Shown here one piece after another: positions 12,313 through 26,099 of a DNA stretch of 64,000 nucleotides. The notes below the pieces were generated by a model. The model did no database searches. It was not told the origin of the DNA and was given only the letters and a program-made list of their open reading frames with translations. Both the position numbers and the translations under genes were made by a program. How positions within the stretch are numbered: the stretch's first letter is position 1; each line of letters begins with the position of its first letter. Source of the stretch: Hypanus sabinus (lineage: Eukaryota); assembly GCF_030144855.1 (NCBI RefSeq), contig NC_082731.1, forward strand, positions 22,816,001-22,880,000, in the 5' to 3' direction.

Positions 12313-15300
12313 TGTGAATGGGACTTGGCATTAAAGCGAACCGAAGTACAGGACTCCGACGCCAGGATCAGGAGGCAGAATATCCGTAACGTGTGTACAA
12401 TCGGAAACAGGCAGTGTCAGGTCCTGGGAGATTAGGTTTACGAAGAGATACGTGGTCGAAGACTTGGAGCAGGGTTCATCTCTTGGAAGGGTCCAAGATG
12501 AAGCAGCGGGGAACCCGGGAAAGCTCCTTTGGACCATAGCCTTCGCAATGCACCAAGTAGAGGAAGCCTATGCCCCTTCGTCTCACATCCAATAGCCGTC
12601 GGACGGTGTGCGCTAAATGGTTGTCAATCATTCGGGCTGGTAGGGGAGAATCGGGCAGGGGACGCAAGAGGATGACTGAGACGTTTAACTTGGGAAACAT
12701 GGAAGTTAGGGTTGATGCGTAGGGAACTTGGTATCTTCAGTCGGACCGCCGTAGTATTGACAACCCGTTCGACCCTGAACACCACTATAAGCTAGGAGTG
12801 AGTTTTCTATGCTAATTTTTGAGCGGAATGTCTTTGGAGGACAGCCATACCAACTGCCCAGGTTGGTACTCCGGTGCCGGCGTCCTGTGTCGGTCGGCTG
12901 TCTCCTTGTAGCGATCTGCTGACCGGGCTAGGGCCGCACGTGTCTCCTCCCAAATCCTGCGGTACCGTTCGATATGATCGCGGACGGATGGTATTGCAAC
13001 CTCTGCTTCTTGTGCGGGAAACAACTGGGGCTGGTACGCCAGCGAGCGCTCGAATGGGGACTTTCCTACGGCTGAACTCATGAGGGAGTTTTGGGCGTAC
13101 TCGACCCACGGGGATTGGTCGCTCCAGGTGTCCGGCTTGTTTTCGGTCACGGAACTCAACGTTACTTCCAGTTCCTTGTTAATCAGCTACGCCTGTCCAT
13201 TTGTCTGGGTGTGAAAACCGGATGATAGGCTCAATGATGCACCCAAGGCTCGGCAGAATGCTCTCCACACTTTGGAAGCGAACAGGGTACTTCGGTCCGA
13301 GACGATGTCGGCGGGGATTCCGTGGAAGCAGAAGACGTGGCGGACACGCAGGCCAGCGATCTCTTGGGCAGAGGGGAGTTTCGGTAGGCCTACAAAATGC
13401 AAAGCCTTTCAAAATCTGTCTACCACGTTGTGAATGGTCGGATTTCCGCGTAATTTGTGAAGACCTGTGACGAAGTCCAGGGCGATGTGCGACCAGGAAC
13501 AGGGAAGGGGTGAAGAAATCCCGCAGGCGGCCGATGAAAGCCCTTATCCCGGGCACAAGTGGGAAATGCCGCGACATAGGAGCGGGCGTTGGCCTCCATG
13601 AAGTGCCCCCAAAAATATCTTCTCAGGAGTTGCATGGTTCTATTACTTCCTGGGTGGCAGGCAAATCGAGACGCATGCCCCCACAGGGGGATCCGAGTTC
13701 GGACGCGTTCCGGCACATGGAGGCGGTCACAGGGTCCCTTACCTGGGTCCGGGTCATCCCGTTGGGCTTCCATTACCACGGACTCGACCTCCCCGCTGTG
13801 GGCGGCCACCACGCAGGACGGGGGCATGGTCGTATCAGGACTGCAGGTGTCCTCCCTGGAGTCATATTAGTGGGAGAGTGCTTCCGGCTTTCCTTTCCTG
13901 GACCCTGGTCGTTAAGTGATGATAAACTTGAATTGCCCAAAGAATAATGCCCGACGGTCCTGGTGGGAGATCAGGCGCTTGGATATCTGTATATTCTCCA
14001 GGTTTTTGTGATCTGACGAATGGATGCTCTGCCCCTCTTTCGACGCCAATTTGTCAGCCAATAGCTCTCCATTTCCCACGTCATAATTCCATTACGCGTA
14101 AACATAATCGGCGGGGAAAAAAAAGGCACAGGGTTGAACCGTTTCGCCCGTACCCGACAGTTGGGAAACGGCTGATCCTACCCCGGAATCTGAAGCGTCC
14201 ACCTCCACGACAAATTGTCGGGACGGGTCTGGATGGATCAAGATGAGGGCTGTGGTAAAGCGTCTCTTGAAGTTAGTGAATGTTTCTTCGGATTTCTGTG
14301 TCCCAAGAAAAGGATGTGGAGTTTGAAATAAGCCAGGTGAGGAGGGCTGCCACCCGACTGTAGTCCCTGATAAAACGGCCGTAGAAGTTTGCGAATCCCA
14401 GGAACCACTCAGGGGTCGTGGGCCTAGACCATTCTATACACGGCTCTTCTCGGGGTCGGCCCTCACCTGCCCGCCTTCGATGATGTGTCCGAGAAAGCTG
14501 ACCGAAGGGACATGAAACTCACATTTCTCCGCCTTCACAAACGGTTTTCCCAACGCCTCTGAAGGTCTCTACGGACATGGCGAACATGTTTTTGCAGGCT
14601 GCGGGAAAAGATCAGAATGTCGTTTAGATAGACGAATACGAAACGGTTAATGAAGTCGCTTAACATATCGTTGATGAAGGTCATGAGAACGGCGGGAGCA
14701 TTAGTTAGACCAAATGGCATTATAAGATATTCAAAATGGACGACGGGGTGTTAAAGTCTGTCTTCTACTCATCCCTTCCCGTATCCTAACGAGGTGGTCG
14801 GCATTCCGTAGGTCCAGCTTTGAAAAAAAATGGTCAATCCGTGTAGGCTGAACAAATGAGAGATAGTGGGTATTTATTCTTAATGATTATATTGTTAAAT
14901 CCTCGATAATCGATTCAGGAGTGAAGTGATCCATCTTACTTTTCCACAAAGAAGAACCCGGCGGACGCCGCGGAGGAAAAGGGCTTGATGAGGCCCGCTG
15001 CGAGGGACTCGCCCTGGGATTTCTCCACGGCCTCCCTGTCTGGTCGGGACAGATTAGACGGCTTGTGGGTAGCGAGGCCCAGGAAGAAGTTAGATGGCAC
15101 AGTCATAAGAGCGGTGCGGAGGCAGGGCAAGTTTTCTTTGTTTGCTGAACATCTGCCCAAATTCGTGGGAATTCAGCAGGTACCAGGGAGTCGTCAAGGT
15201 TTTCGGAGATCGGCGAGGTCGCTGGAGCCTCAGTGGGAGGTGGGGCCGAAATATATCAGTGGGCGTGGCATGCAGGACTCCATCTGGCTATCGCCCGGCG

Positions 15301-17040
15301 GTCCATTCGATCTGGGGATTGTTCTGGGACAGCGATGGCGTGGCGGGGCGTGGGGTGACTGAATGAGGCCGAAACGTACTTCCTCCCGATTATTGCCGGA
15401 AAGAATCTAGGTGAGGGGCGACTTACTGTGGGTCAGCCGAGCAAGCAGTCTCCCGTCCAGGGCCCTGGACTCCAGGGGGGTTGTCTACGGCTACCGCGGT
15501 ATGTCGGCCTGGGTGGTTGTCCCCTAATCAAGAGAATGCCCTCCACTCCGGAATTCAACAGAACGGATTTGGACAGAGACTGCAGCTGTTATTTCACTGT
15601 TACCGGGATCTGCATCCGTGTCTGGGGTGCAGAAGGGAGCCTCATTCGCCTCACCAGGGCTGCCTTTTTCACTGGTGAGCCATCCACTTTTGGCCGCTGA
15701 GGGAAGGTATCCAGGAAGTGGCCTGGTGAGCCGCAACAGTAAAAGGCCCTAACTCTCCATCTCCGCGTCCATCCGGCCGGGCGGTTCCGGTTTCGTCCAG
15801 GCTGCATTCGTTCTTCTTCCAGGACGGTGTTGACAGATGGAGCAGGAACGAAACTGCAGGAAGCTGAGGAAGCCGAAATGGTGCAGTGTGGGGAAAAGGG
15901 CCGTGGATTTACCCGGGGAGCTGTGTGTCTCGTCCGTTCTCTCCGACGGTCTCGCAACCGGCCGTCCAGCCTGCTCACTGAAGAGATTAGCCCGTCTACG
16001 CTGTCCATGTCATCTGCTGCTGCCAGTTAGTCCTTAAACTTTTCTGCGAAACCCTGTCGGAACAACTCCCATAGGGCCTGGTCGTTCCACCCTGAGCCGG
16101 CTGTGTGCGGAATTCGTTAGCTCATTTAGCCACACTCCGTGGACCTTGAGCAGGGTCCGCAAGAGTCTGGCGGCGTCGAATCCGCGGGGCTGTACGAAAA
16201 CCTTCCGCATCTCCCAGACGAAGGTGGGGAAGGAGGCGCAAACCTCAGGCAGATTGACACAAATAGCCGTAGCCCATGCAAGGGCATGCCGTCGCAGCAG
16301 CTCAATGGCGTACGCGATCTTCGACTTATCTGATGTGTATGTTCCTGGCTGTTTCTAGAAAACCAGGGAGCAATGTAGTGAGAATGGGTTATACTGCCCG
16401 AGGTTCCCCACGTAGTGCTCTGGCTCCGGAACATACGGCTCGCGAGGGGATCTCATTGCCCGTTCAAGGGGAACAGACAGTCAAGGTTGTCCGGATGGGT
16501 CCGCCGGAGTTCTTGGGGGGTGCGACGGACTAAGGAAGACACTTGTGGCCAGCGTATAGAGGTGCTCAGTAACTTCCCGGAGCAATTGGTTGTGGGGGCC
16601 CATTATCTCGCGTTAGCTGGCGAGGGCCTGCTGCACGGGATCCGAGTCTGCTGGGTTCATGACTGGCCAGATTGTTCTGTGACCGGGACGTGGCAGAAAA
16701 ACGAACCGACGTGAAGTACTCCGACGCGGAGGCCGGAACAGGAGGCATAATCTCCATAGCGAGTGTAGAATCGGGACTAGGCTGGGTCAGGAAATGGGAT
16801 ATTCAGATTACGAAGAGAGTGTTCGAAAACTTGGAGCAATGTTCCTCTCTCTCTGAGAGTCGACCAACAATCTTGCAAAGGGTGACCGGAGCTGTCGAAT
16901 TCTTATCCTCTGGTGTCTATTGGAAAACAGGTGCTGGTCATTGAGAGGAATTGGGAAAGATTGGAAATCAAGTGTGGGGATTAAGGACCAATTAGGGAGA
17001 GAAAGTTATAAGGTGGGAAATGCCTGCCAGGACCAGGACA
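12313..17040 (-). mobile_element. Same Ty3/Gypsy chromovirus insertion in copy A
   Basis: Orthologous position, TSD CGAGA/AGAGA (12308-12, 17041-45). Gag start MNPADSDPVQQALAS; [13 protein letters not shown]...[10 protein letters not shown]; integrase HASRFACHPG; chromodomain [29 protein letters not shown] deletion truncates the 3' LTR at about 12483. Confidence 0.92.
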
Positions 17041-17901
17041 AGAGAAACAGAGAAAAAGATTTTGTGCAATATGGCGGTGAATACCATGAAGATTCGGCTT
17101 CCTCATAGATTTCACCTATTTATCAACCCGGGCGTCTGTTTCATCAATCCCGTCCTCCTGTGTATGCAGGGTGGTAGCACGTATAGGGGGCCAATTCTGT
17201 TCCAGAAGACAGAAGACATCTCGAAGTGTTGTAGACTGCAGTCTCTTGAGCTCTCCATTCCAATGAAAATAACAGTTCCTCAGAAGTTTGGAAACGTTAA
17301 CAATTGCTTTGAACGGACTTCCCCTTCAATCTATCATGATAATGCTAAAGTGAGAGGGGAAATGTGCTGATGAGACAAGTCCAGGCAGATTCATGGCATG
17401 AGGAGCGAGAAAGTTGATCATCGTATTCACGGTCATGATAGTATTCCTGCCCGCTATATATCTGCCAATCGATTTTCTATGCAACCAATTATATTTAATG
17501 TGCTATCTTCTCGAAAGATCCAGGAAAGAAACGGGAAGAAAAAAAAAAGATGGCAACTCTGGAAAAGAACATTTGGAGATGCAATGTATTACTTTATTTG
17601 GCTGTCACCGAAAAAAAAATAAGGTATATTTAGTAAGTTTTTTTTTCAATAGTAGCGATACAGTGCGGAGGACGGCCTAACAAACCTTGTGCTACACTGT
17701 CCCTGCAGCCACTGACATCAAATGGGTATCTCGTCGTGATCAAGGAATAATTTACATTTTCAAATTAACCCACCCCGTATACAGTGAATTGAGAAGTTAA
17801 CCAGTTTCTTTGGGAACCTCCACGTACTCGACAGTGTGGACTTACAGAGTCTCTTCACAATACAGCGCCACATATGAACTACGAACTCCAAACTAACTCA
17901 A

Positions 17902-20900
17902 TAAACAATAGACAATAGGTGCAGATGTAGACCATTCTGCCCTTCGAGCCGGCACCGCCATTTTGAGATCATGGCCGATCAATTCCTATCAATACCCGGT
18001 TCCTGCCTTGTCCCAATATCCCTTGGTTCCCCTATCCATAAGATACCTATCTCGCTCCTTCTTGAAATCATCCAGAGAATTGGCCTCCACTACCTTCCGA
18101 GGCACTGCATTCCAGACCCCCACAACTCTGTGGGAAAAGAAGTTTTTCCTTAAACTCTGTCCTAAATGACCTACCCCTTATTCTCAAAATAGGCCTCTGG
18201 TACTGAACTCTCCCAACATCTGGAACATATTTCCGGCCTCTATCTTGTCCAATCCCTTAATAATCTTATATGTTTCAATCAGATCCCCTCTCAATCTCCT
18301 TAATTCCAGCGGGTACAAGCCCAGTCTCTCTAACCTCTCTGCGTAAGACAGTCCAGACATCCCAGGAATTAACCTCGTGAATCTACGCTGCACTTCATCT
18401 ACAGCCAGGATGTCCTTCCTTAATCCTGGAGACTAAAACTGTACACAATACTCCAGATGTGGTCTCACTAGGGCTCTGTACAAATGCAAGAGGATTTCCT
18501 TGCTCTTGTACTCAATTGCCTTTGTAATAAATGCCAACATTCCATTAGCCTTCTTCACTGCCTGCTGCACTTGCTCATTCACCTTCAGTGACTGATGAAC
18601 AAGGACTCCGAGATTTCTTTGTATTTCTGCCTTACCCAACTCTGCGCTGTTCAGATAATAATCTGCATTCCTGTTCTTACTCCCAAAGTGCAAAGCCTCA
18701 TACCTATTCACATTAAACGCCATCTTCCAAGTATCTGCCCACTCACTCAGCCTATCCTAGTCGCCCTGAATTCCCCTAACGTCCTCATCACATGTCACAC
18801 TGCCACCCAGCTTACTAGCATCAGCGAATTTGCTGATGTTATTTTCTATACATTCATCCAAATCGTTAACGTAAACATTAAACAGCTGAGGACCCAATAC
18901 CGAGCCATGTGGCACCCCACTAGTCACCACCAGCCATTCCGAGAAACACCCACTCACCGCTACACTTTGCATTCTATCTGCCAGCCAGATTTCTATCCAT
19001 GCAATGCCTTCCCCCCGATGCACTGAGCTTTCATTTTACCCGCCAATCTTCTATGAGGGACCTTATCAAATGCCGTCTGAAAATCGATGTACACTACATC
19101 CACGGGATCTCCCCCGTCTAACCTCCTGGCTACATCCTCGAAAAACTCCAACAGATTACTCAAGCATGATTTACCCTTGGTGAATCCATGCTGGCTCAGC
19201 CCAATCCTATCACTGCTATCTAGATATGCCACTATTTCATCCTTAATAATAGACTCCAGCATCTTTCCCACCACCGATGTCAGGCTGACAGGTCGATAGT
19301 ACTCTGTTTTCTCCCTCACTCATTTCATAAAAAGTGGGATAACATTAGCCACTCTCCAATCCTCAGGAACTGACCCTGAATCTAAGGAACATTGGAAAAT
19401 GATTACCAATGCATCCGCAATTTCCAGGGCCACCTCCTTCAGTACCCTAGGGTGCACACCATCTGGACCTGGCGACTTGTCAGCCTTCTGTCCCATCAGT
19501 CATCTCATCACCGTTTCATTCCGAATGTCAATCTGTTTCATTTCCTCTGTTACCCTATGTCCTTGGCCCATCCATATATCTGGGAGATTGCTTGTGTCTT
19601 CCTTAGTGAAAACAGATCTAAAGTACTCATTAAATTCTTCTGCCATTTCTCTGTTTCCAATAACAATTTCACCCAATACGTTCTTAAAGGGCCCAACATT
19701 GTTTTTAACTATCTTCTTTCTCTTCACATACCTTAAAAAGCTTTTGCTATCTTCCTTTATATTCCTGGCGAGCTTGCGTACGTACCTCATTTTTTTTCTC
19801 CCCGCATTGTCTTTATAGTTAAGTTCTGTTGTTCCTTAAAAACTTCCCGATCATCTGTCTTCCCAATCACCTTCGTACTGTCATATTCCCTTTTTTTAGT
19901 GCAATGCAATATCTGGCTTCCTTTGACAACCACTGTGGCCGCTTTCCCCCCTTTGAATACTTCCTTCTCTGGGGGATGATCTGATTTTGCACCTTGTGCA
20001 TTATTCCCAAGATTACCTGCCATTGCTGTTCCACTGTCTTTTCTGTTAGGTTGTACGTCCAGTCAACTTTGGCCAGCTCCACCCTCATGGCTCCATAGCT
20101 TCCCTTGTTCATCTGCAACTCTGACACCTCCGGGCTGCCCTTATCCTTCTCAAATTGCAGATAAAAGATCTACCTTGTGAGCACTACCTCCTAATGGCTC
20201 CTTTAATGCGAGGTCGCTTATCAAATCCTGTTCATTAAATAACACTAAATACAGAATAGTCTTGTCCCTGATCGGCTCTCGTACAAGCTGTTCGAAGAAT
20301 GCATCCCGTAATCTCTCTACAAACTCCCTATCCTGTGGTACAACACGAGCCTGATTCTCCCAGTTCACCTGACTATTGAAATCTCCCATAACAAATGCGA
20401 CATTACCTTTGCCACATGCCAATGTTAACTCCCTATTCAACTTGCACCCAATATCCATGCTACTGTTAGTTGACCTGTAGACAACACCCATTTGGGTCCT
20501 TTTGCCCTTACTGTTCCTCAGTTCTATCCACACAGACTCTACTTCCCCTGACCCTATGTCCCCCCATGCAAAGGACAGAATCTCATTCATCACCAACAGG
20601 GCCACCCCACCCCCTCTGCCCACATTTATGTTCCTACGATAACACGAATACCCTTGTACATTCATTTCCCAGGTCTGACTCCCTGCAGCCATGTCTCCGT
20701 TCTCCCAACAACATCAGAGTTACCCATTCGCACCTGTGCTTCAAGCTCAACCCCGTTTATTCTGACACTTCATGCATTCAGATAGAGATTTGTTAACCGA
20801 TTTCTCCTCTCTCTGTTTGAATCGCTGCCTATTGTGCTTAACCCAGCTCCCCGAAGTTCCATCGGGCTATACGCCCTTAGAATTTTGTTGTCCTTCCTAC

Positions 20901-21314
20901 ATTTACTTATTCTTCCAACACATTTAACTCCATGTTCCGTCAGCCCATCCCTTGGAACACGAGTTCTCCTTATAACTTGTTCTGCCCCAACTTCCTCTAC
21001 TGCACACTTAATATTCCGGAACCGTGTAGTCCCCACCTGTACTTTATTCTTCCTGTCGCTATACTCTCTCACATTCTGGATCCCCGCCCCCTGCAAATTT
21101 AGTTTAAACTCCCGCAAGAAGCTCTAGCAAACTTCCCTACAAGAATGTTAGTATCGCTCCAGTTCATGTGTAAAACGTCCCTTCGGAACAGATCCTACCT
21201 TCCCTGGAACAAGGCCCAATTATCTACAAACCTGAAGCACTCCCTCCTGCACCATCCATTCAGCCACGTATTAATCTTTATAATCCACCAGTTCCTTGCC
21301 TCACTCGCACGTGG
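17902..21314 (-). mobile_element. CR1 LINE (ORF1 end, APE and RT), specific to copy A
   Basis: APE GRGGGVALLV...VMGDFN; RT YRPVSLTSVVGKMLE, SQHGFTKGKSCLSNLLEFFEDV, DFQTAFDKVPH, GVPHGSVLGP, KFADASKLGG; CTATTGT-type tail at about 17902-17918; possible TSD CTCAA (17897, 21315). Absent in copy B at about 54000. Confidence 0.92.
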
Positions 21315-22591
21315 CTCAAACTGTTGCAAAGCCGTGCGAACCAAAAGGCCACGTGGCGTCCAACTGGAAAGAGTGAAATAAAATTAGTGCAATAGAGGGA
21401 ACAGAATTTTTTTTTTGTTTTGTTTTTTAACATGAAGACACATCATCAGACAGGAGTAGACATGCTTTTCGAGTCCTGAAAGCATAACGAGTCATTCCAA
21501 TGACATATCGTTAGGAAACTCTCTGCGGGAGATCATCTGTCGGGAGATAATAATACGTGGAAATAATGCCGGAGTAGAAGGCTCGAAGGGAAAGAGGCAG
21601 ATATGAGAGTAAGAATAAGAGGTGAAAATACAATTAGCACACGCAAAAATACAATCAGTCAAGAGAGGAAGAGAGAGGGTAAATAATGAAAAAGAAGGCA
21701 TGATAGACAGCTATATATAAGACAAGCAGCAAGACAAACGGAAAAAAACGACAGGTAGTTAGAGTGTCTAGACAGAGGTACAGAGAATAACAGTCTGTTA
21801 GGAAGAAGAGAGAGGGAGAGTGGTGATAGGAGAAAGAGACGACCTGTATTAAAAAAAATAGAGAAAATTAACAGAAAGACACATATATCAGGGAATCAGA
21901 AAGAGACAATATATAATTGGGAGATATTAATGGCTAGATAAGGCAATGACCTGGAAGTAGAAAGATAACGAAAGTGATAGAGAAATAAACGGTGTAGAAA
22001 TAATCAAGGATATTGATGTAGGAGGAAAACCTGTATCCTATACGACATTCGTTCTTTGTTCTCCTTACAGGTTACTTTGGTTGTGCTGCTCACAGAGACT
22101 CTGCAAATATGGTCAATCTTTTTACAGTGGAGCTCATGTACTCCTGCGTTCTCGAAGGTTCTGGTGTCTTTCATTAGGGAGGAGCCAGAAGTGTACCAAC
22201 ACCGCGATACGATGTGTCAATCAAGTCTCGGCTAACTTAATGTTAGAAAACGGGCAGAGAATACAATAAAATACACATAAATGAAAGTGCATGCTACATT
22301 ACTTTCAGGATCCTGAGATTTGTCCGGCATATCGAGTGCAATATGTCCAAATTATCCAGAAAAATTACTGGGTAAGTTTTACGCTGAGTTGTAGAAAGAT
22401 TGAAGGATTATATGTAACTATTTTAGGGGGCCCTATGTCGTATTGCACTGTATATCTGCACGCTGTTGAACTTACTATTGTGGCGAGTACAATCAAAACG
22501 CTACCCTGGGTGTTGCTAAACTCAATTAGCAATAAACCATCAACAGCTAGCGAATGAATTAATGGCAAGATGTCAGTACGCACATAAAGAG

Positions 22592-22640
22592 ACACCCACA
22601 CCCACACACACAAACACACACACACACTCGCGCGCGCGCG
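22592..22640. repeat. (CA)n-(CG)n alternating purine/pyrimidine tract
   Basis: Directly visible about 600 bp upstream of the V pseudogene leader. Confidence 0.9.
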
Positions 22641-23247
22641 TGGAAGCGAAAGCTCTTTCCGTCAGACTTACAAATCAGATACTGATGCGCAGAAAATGAA
22701 GCAACAATTGCAAGAGTGAAAAGATAGAAACCGCGAAGCAGAGATATCTATTTACTATTATATGGAGAATAGCTCCATCGTACATAACTGCAGGTTCTCT
22801 GTGACTGGATCAATTTATTTAGCGTTGTTTCTATGTAAAGTCCCGAGGTATGTGCATAAACATATGTCTCAGGAAACGACGGACGTCTGAGATTTCCCTT
22901 TTTATTTATCGGTGCTTTGGTGAAAGTCGGCAAGAAGCACTCTGTTAATATTTCCACCGTACATTTCGTTGGCATGTCGATCGACTGTACAACGGAAAAA
23001 AAAATGTCATTTCTAGAGCTACAGACAAGTGGCGTCAGAGGGCTGTCTCAGTCAGCGGGGTGTGACACTACATTCTTGAGTTACATGGAGCTGTGGCATC
23101 TGGAACAATAGGCGTACATGAAGCTGCGTTTCTATTTGGTGCTCTTCACTTCCTGCCGATTATAGTACTTAAGCAGTTGAATCGGAAAGTCCTGAACCCT
23201 GGTGATAATTTCTTTATGCGACATTCAACAAATGCTTCATAAAAATA

Positions 23248-23697
23248 AGGTGGAGATTCGTCTTCTGGATCGTGTGCGGAGCCTGATTAACTGGTTTGCC
23301 GCAGCGGACAATTCAAAAGTTTTCTCGAAACGGAATTCTGAATAAAAAAAACGTCCATGTAATATTTCATGTTCTGACATTATTTTTTATATACGAGTCA
23401 TGGAAACTCTGTCACTCAGACAATGTCACCACAAGTGAAGACAGAAGAAGAGACTGTGAGTTTCAGCTGCAGCTAAGATACTACATGGAGCTACTATGCT
23501 TTATATTTTTACCGACAAAGACAAGAGCAAAGTCTCGAGTACATACTGTACAAAGCTTCTAATGAATACGAAGACACACCCGAATTTGCCAAAAGACGCT
23601 TCAAATCATCTCTGGACCAGGGAAGGAAATTATTTAGTGTCACCATCTCAAAGCTGCAATTGGGCGACTCCGCAGTTTATTTCTGTGCCCTAAGACG
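23248..23697 (+). pseudogene. TRAV/TRDV-like (pseudo): TRAV/TRDV-like V pseudogene, paralog of 55973-56418
   Basis: Same leader/intron/V layout. Lesions: start ATG>AGG (23248-50), leader TGG>TGA (23284-86), acceptor AG>AT (23389-90), in-frame TAA (23474-76). Residual protein NSVTQTMSPQVKTEEETVSFSCS*DTTWSYYALYFYRQRQEQSLEYILYKASNEYEDTPEFAKRRFKSSLDQGRKLFSVTISKLQLGDSAVYFCALR. Confidence 0.92.
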
Positions 23698-23736
23698 CAC
23701 AGTGGGGTATTGTAGTTAAATGCTCGTACAAAAATT
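23698..23736 (+). promoter_or_regulatory. 23-RSS of the V pseudogene
   Basis: CACAGTG (23698-23704), 23-nt spacer, ACAAAAATT (23728-23736). Confidence 0.92.
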
Positions 23737-24329
23737 AACTCACTGTAGAATCGATGCCTTGATTGCTGCAGCTTGATATATTTGTACACTCCTTTTCTCA
23801 TTGTGGTTTCGCTCCACTAAAAGTACGTGTTGAAGTTTCCCTCACCTTCGTCTGTGAAGACTCAGCAATGGTGTATCGGCACTGTTCTTTCCAAAGACGC
23901 AGAGATATCTCGAGCCTCTGCCATCTCATTTAATTTGTGAAATACACGTTCAGGCGACACGAGAAATATGAGCGATAAAATTCAGACCGATGATGAATGA
24001 TTGTCCGGTAACTGAATAATTGAAATTTTTGATGTCCGTAAAGATATCAGTGAGCAGGTGTACACACTCCCTGTCTACGTCACCTGAGAAGTGTTCTTGC
24101 CAGGTCTCAAAACTGAGAAAGAATGTTATCTGTTAGATTCCTTCTGATGTTTTCTGATGCGACAGAAGTGAAGGCAGCGCTGTTGGCTTTTAATGTGCAG
24201 TGTACATCTATAACCTACGATTTAATTGTAGAATATCTTTTACTGATATAGCGTTTCGAATTTTTCCTTCTATTATATATAGCAGCAGTATGAGGAAATT
24301 TGACCCCATCACGTGTGCTGCATCATTTC

Positions 24330-24780
24330 ATAACGGCAGATTCAAATTTCCTCTCACCCGCAGTGTTCTGACTTCTACTCATTTGCCCCCAAATCCTGAG
24401 TAATCTATTACATATAAATGTTTGCCTTCAATATGCATAACGTCTTGCCGTCCACACCTGCGTATGTCTATGATTCACACACAGTCATCGCTCTCTGCTG
24501 AAAGAAATTCCTCCTCATCCTTTTTTTTCCCGAAAAGATCACCGTCTATTCTGAGGTGGCGCCTTCCTGGTCTTCGATTATTTCTGTCTGTCAAGAAGGG
24601 AAGAATCTTCTCTATACCCAGTCTATGAAGGCTTTCGCGATCAGATAGATTTCAATGTCATCACCCCGCGTCCTTCCGACTTCCTTGACTATGCACACAG
24701 AATCATTAAACGGTCCTTACATGCAGGCCTTTCAAACCTGAAATGATTTTCGTGAACGTCGTCGGAATCCGTTCCAGTTT
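24330..24780 (-). mobile_element. CR1 3' fragment (paralog about 59420-59860); similar small CR1 pieces at about 1180-1445(-), 25560-25780(-), 34600-34900(+), 60620-60830(-)
   Basis: Reverse-complement matches to the CR1 C-terminus and 3' UTR seen in the larger CR1 copies in this window (e.g. LKIYKTLMKPHLE). Confidence 0.65.
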
Positions 24781-25049
24781 GAATGAATGAATGAATGTAT
24801 GACATTTTATATTTCGGGCTGTACAAACAAACAAAAATATCAGTTTTAAGCATTATTTCATAACTATGATTTCATAAAACAACATTAAATGATAAAAAAA
24901 CGTCAGTGAAACAGACTGAAAGTTTGCAGAAGGAAGCGACAACTGACTGCGCCTACCTCTCTTATTTATCAGAGCTAATTTATAAGTTTGTGACCTAATG
25001 TAGAATTTGTCAATTTTAGAAAAGCTAGCACATTTATTTTTCAACATGG

Positions 25050-25560
25050 TTACCTCCTAACGAAATCCAGTTCAAAGTATAATTTATGCGCATTACTCTC
25101 ATTAATTATAAATGGATTATTTTATATTTGTTCATGAAAATATTCTTAAATAATTTGTTGCTAAGAATGTCATATATATATATAATTCTTACTCCAACTG
25201 TTCCATGCATTCACCCCTTGACTGAAATACAATGATTATTTTTTTTAACATTTGTTCCTATCCTCCAGTTTTGAAATATGCATATTCCTCTCAAATCATG
25301 TTTACTTTCTTTCATTTTAAACCATATTTGGATACTTTGTCTTAACTGATCTTTTTTTTTTAATTTATACATAATTTGTAGTATTCTAAAATAAACGAAA
25401 TCTCTGAATTTTAACTTGTTTATTTGCATAAATAGTGGATTGTTTGGTTCATAATAACTTCTCTTATGTACAGTTCAGATGAATTTATTTTGGCGTAGTA
25501 AAAATTGGGTTTGCAACTGCTTTCAATGTATTTCCCCATACCGCTACACAATAAGTCATG
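25050..25560 (-). mobile_element. L2/Crack-like LINE 3' fragment (paralog about 60100-60620)
   Basis: LKFRDFVYFRILQIMYK...HDLRG...RIGTNVK...CISVKG; copy B YCVEVWG...FFLLQNKFIR...NNPL...LKFRDF. Confidence 0.65.
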
Positions 25561-26099
25561 TAAGGGACTAAGGGAAAATAATTTAGATTTCAGCACATGC
25601 TTTTGTCTCTGAGGTACGGGACCTAAAGTTGCTCATATTACTCCAAATGAGGCTTCATCAATGTTTTATAAATTTTCAACATAACATCCTTGTTTTTATC
25701 TACTAGACCTATTGAATTGGATGTTAACATCGCACTTGCCTTCCGCAGCGCGCAATGAACCTGCATATTAAACTTCGGGAAGCGTGCACAAACAATCCCT
25801 ATTTTCTTTGTCTGACTGTTTGAATTATTTTTTCTATCCATTGAGTAAAATGTCAAAACTTTCATTTCCCTTACGATTCCCCAAACGTTATTCCATTTAC
25901 ACCGTTGTTGCCCTTTCTACTAACCTGGCTCGGTCCATCCGTAGCCTACCTACGTTCTCAAACTCTCTTGTAATTCTACCTCGATTCGTATCCAGTAAAT
26001 ACACTAATTCCATAATCCAAGTGACTAACTGTTCACGTATAAAAAGTCGGTCACAAAACTCCCCTGTGTAACACCAGCAGTCAGCAGCAGTCAACCAGA

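Noticed and set aside
3034-21127. Numerous 100-196 aa ORFs overlapping Gypsy and CR1 elements (e.g. 3034-3564, 3486-4076, 13510-13947, 18595-19026, 19399-19818)
   Set aside because: Antisense or off-frame shadows of decayed retroelement coding sequence, not independent genes.
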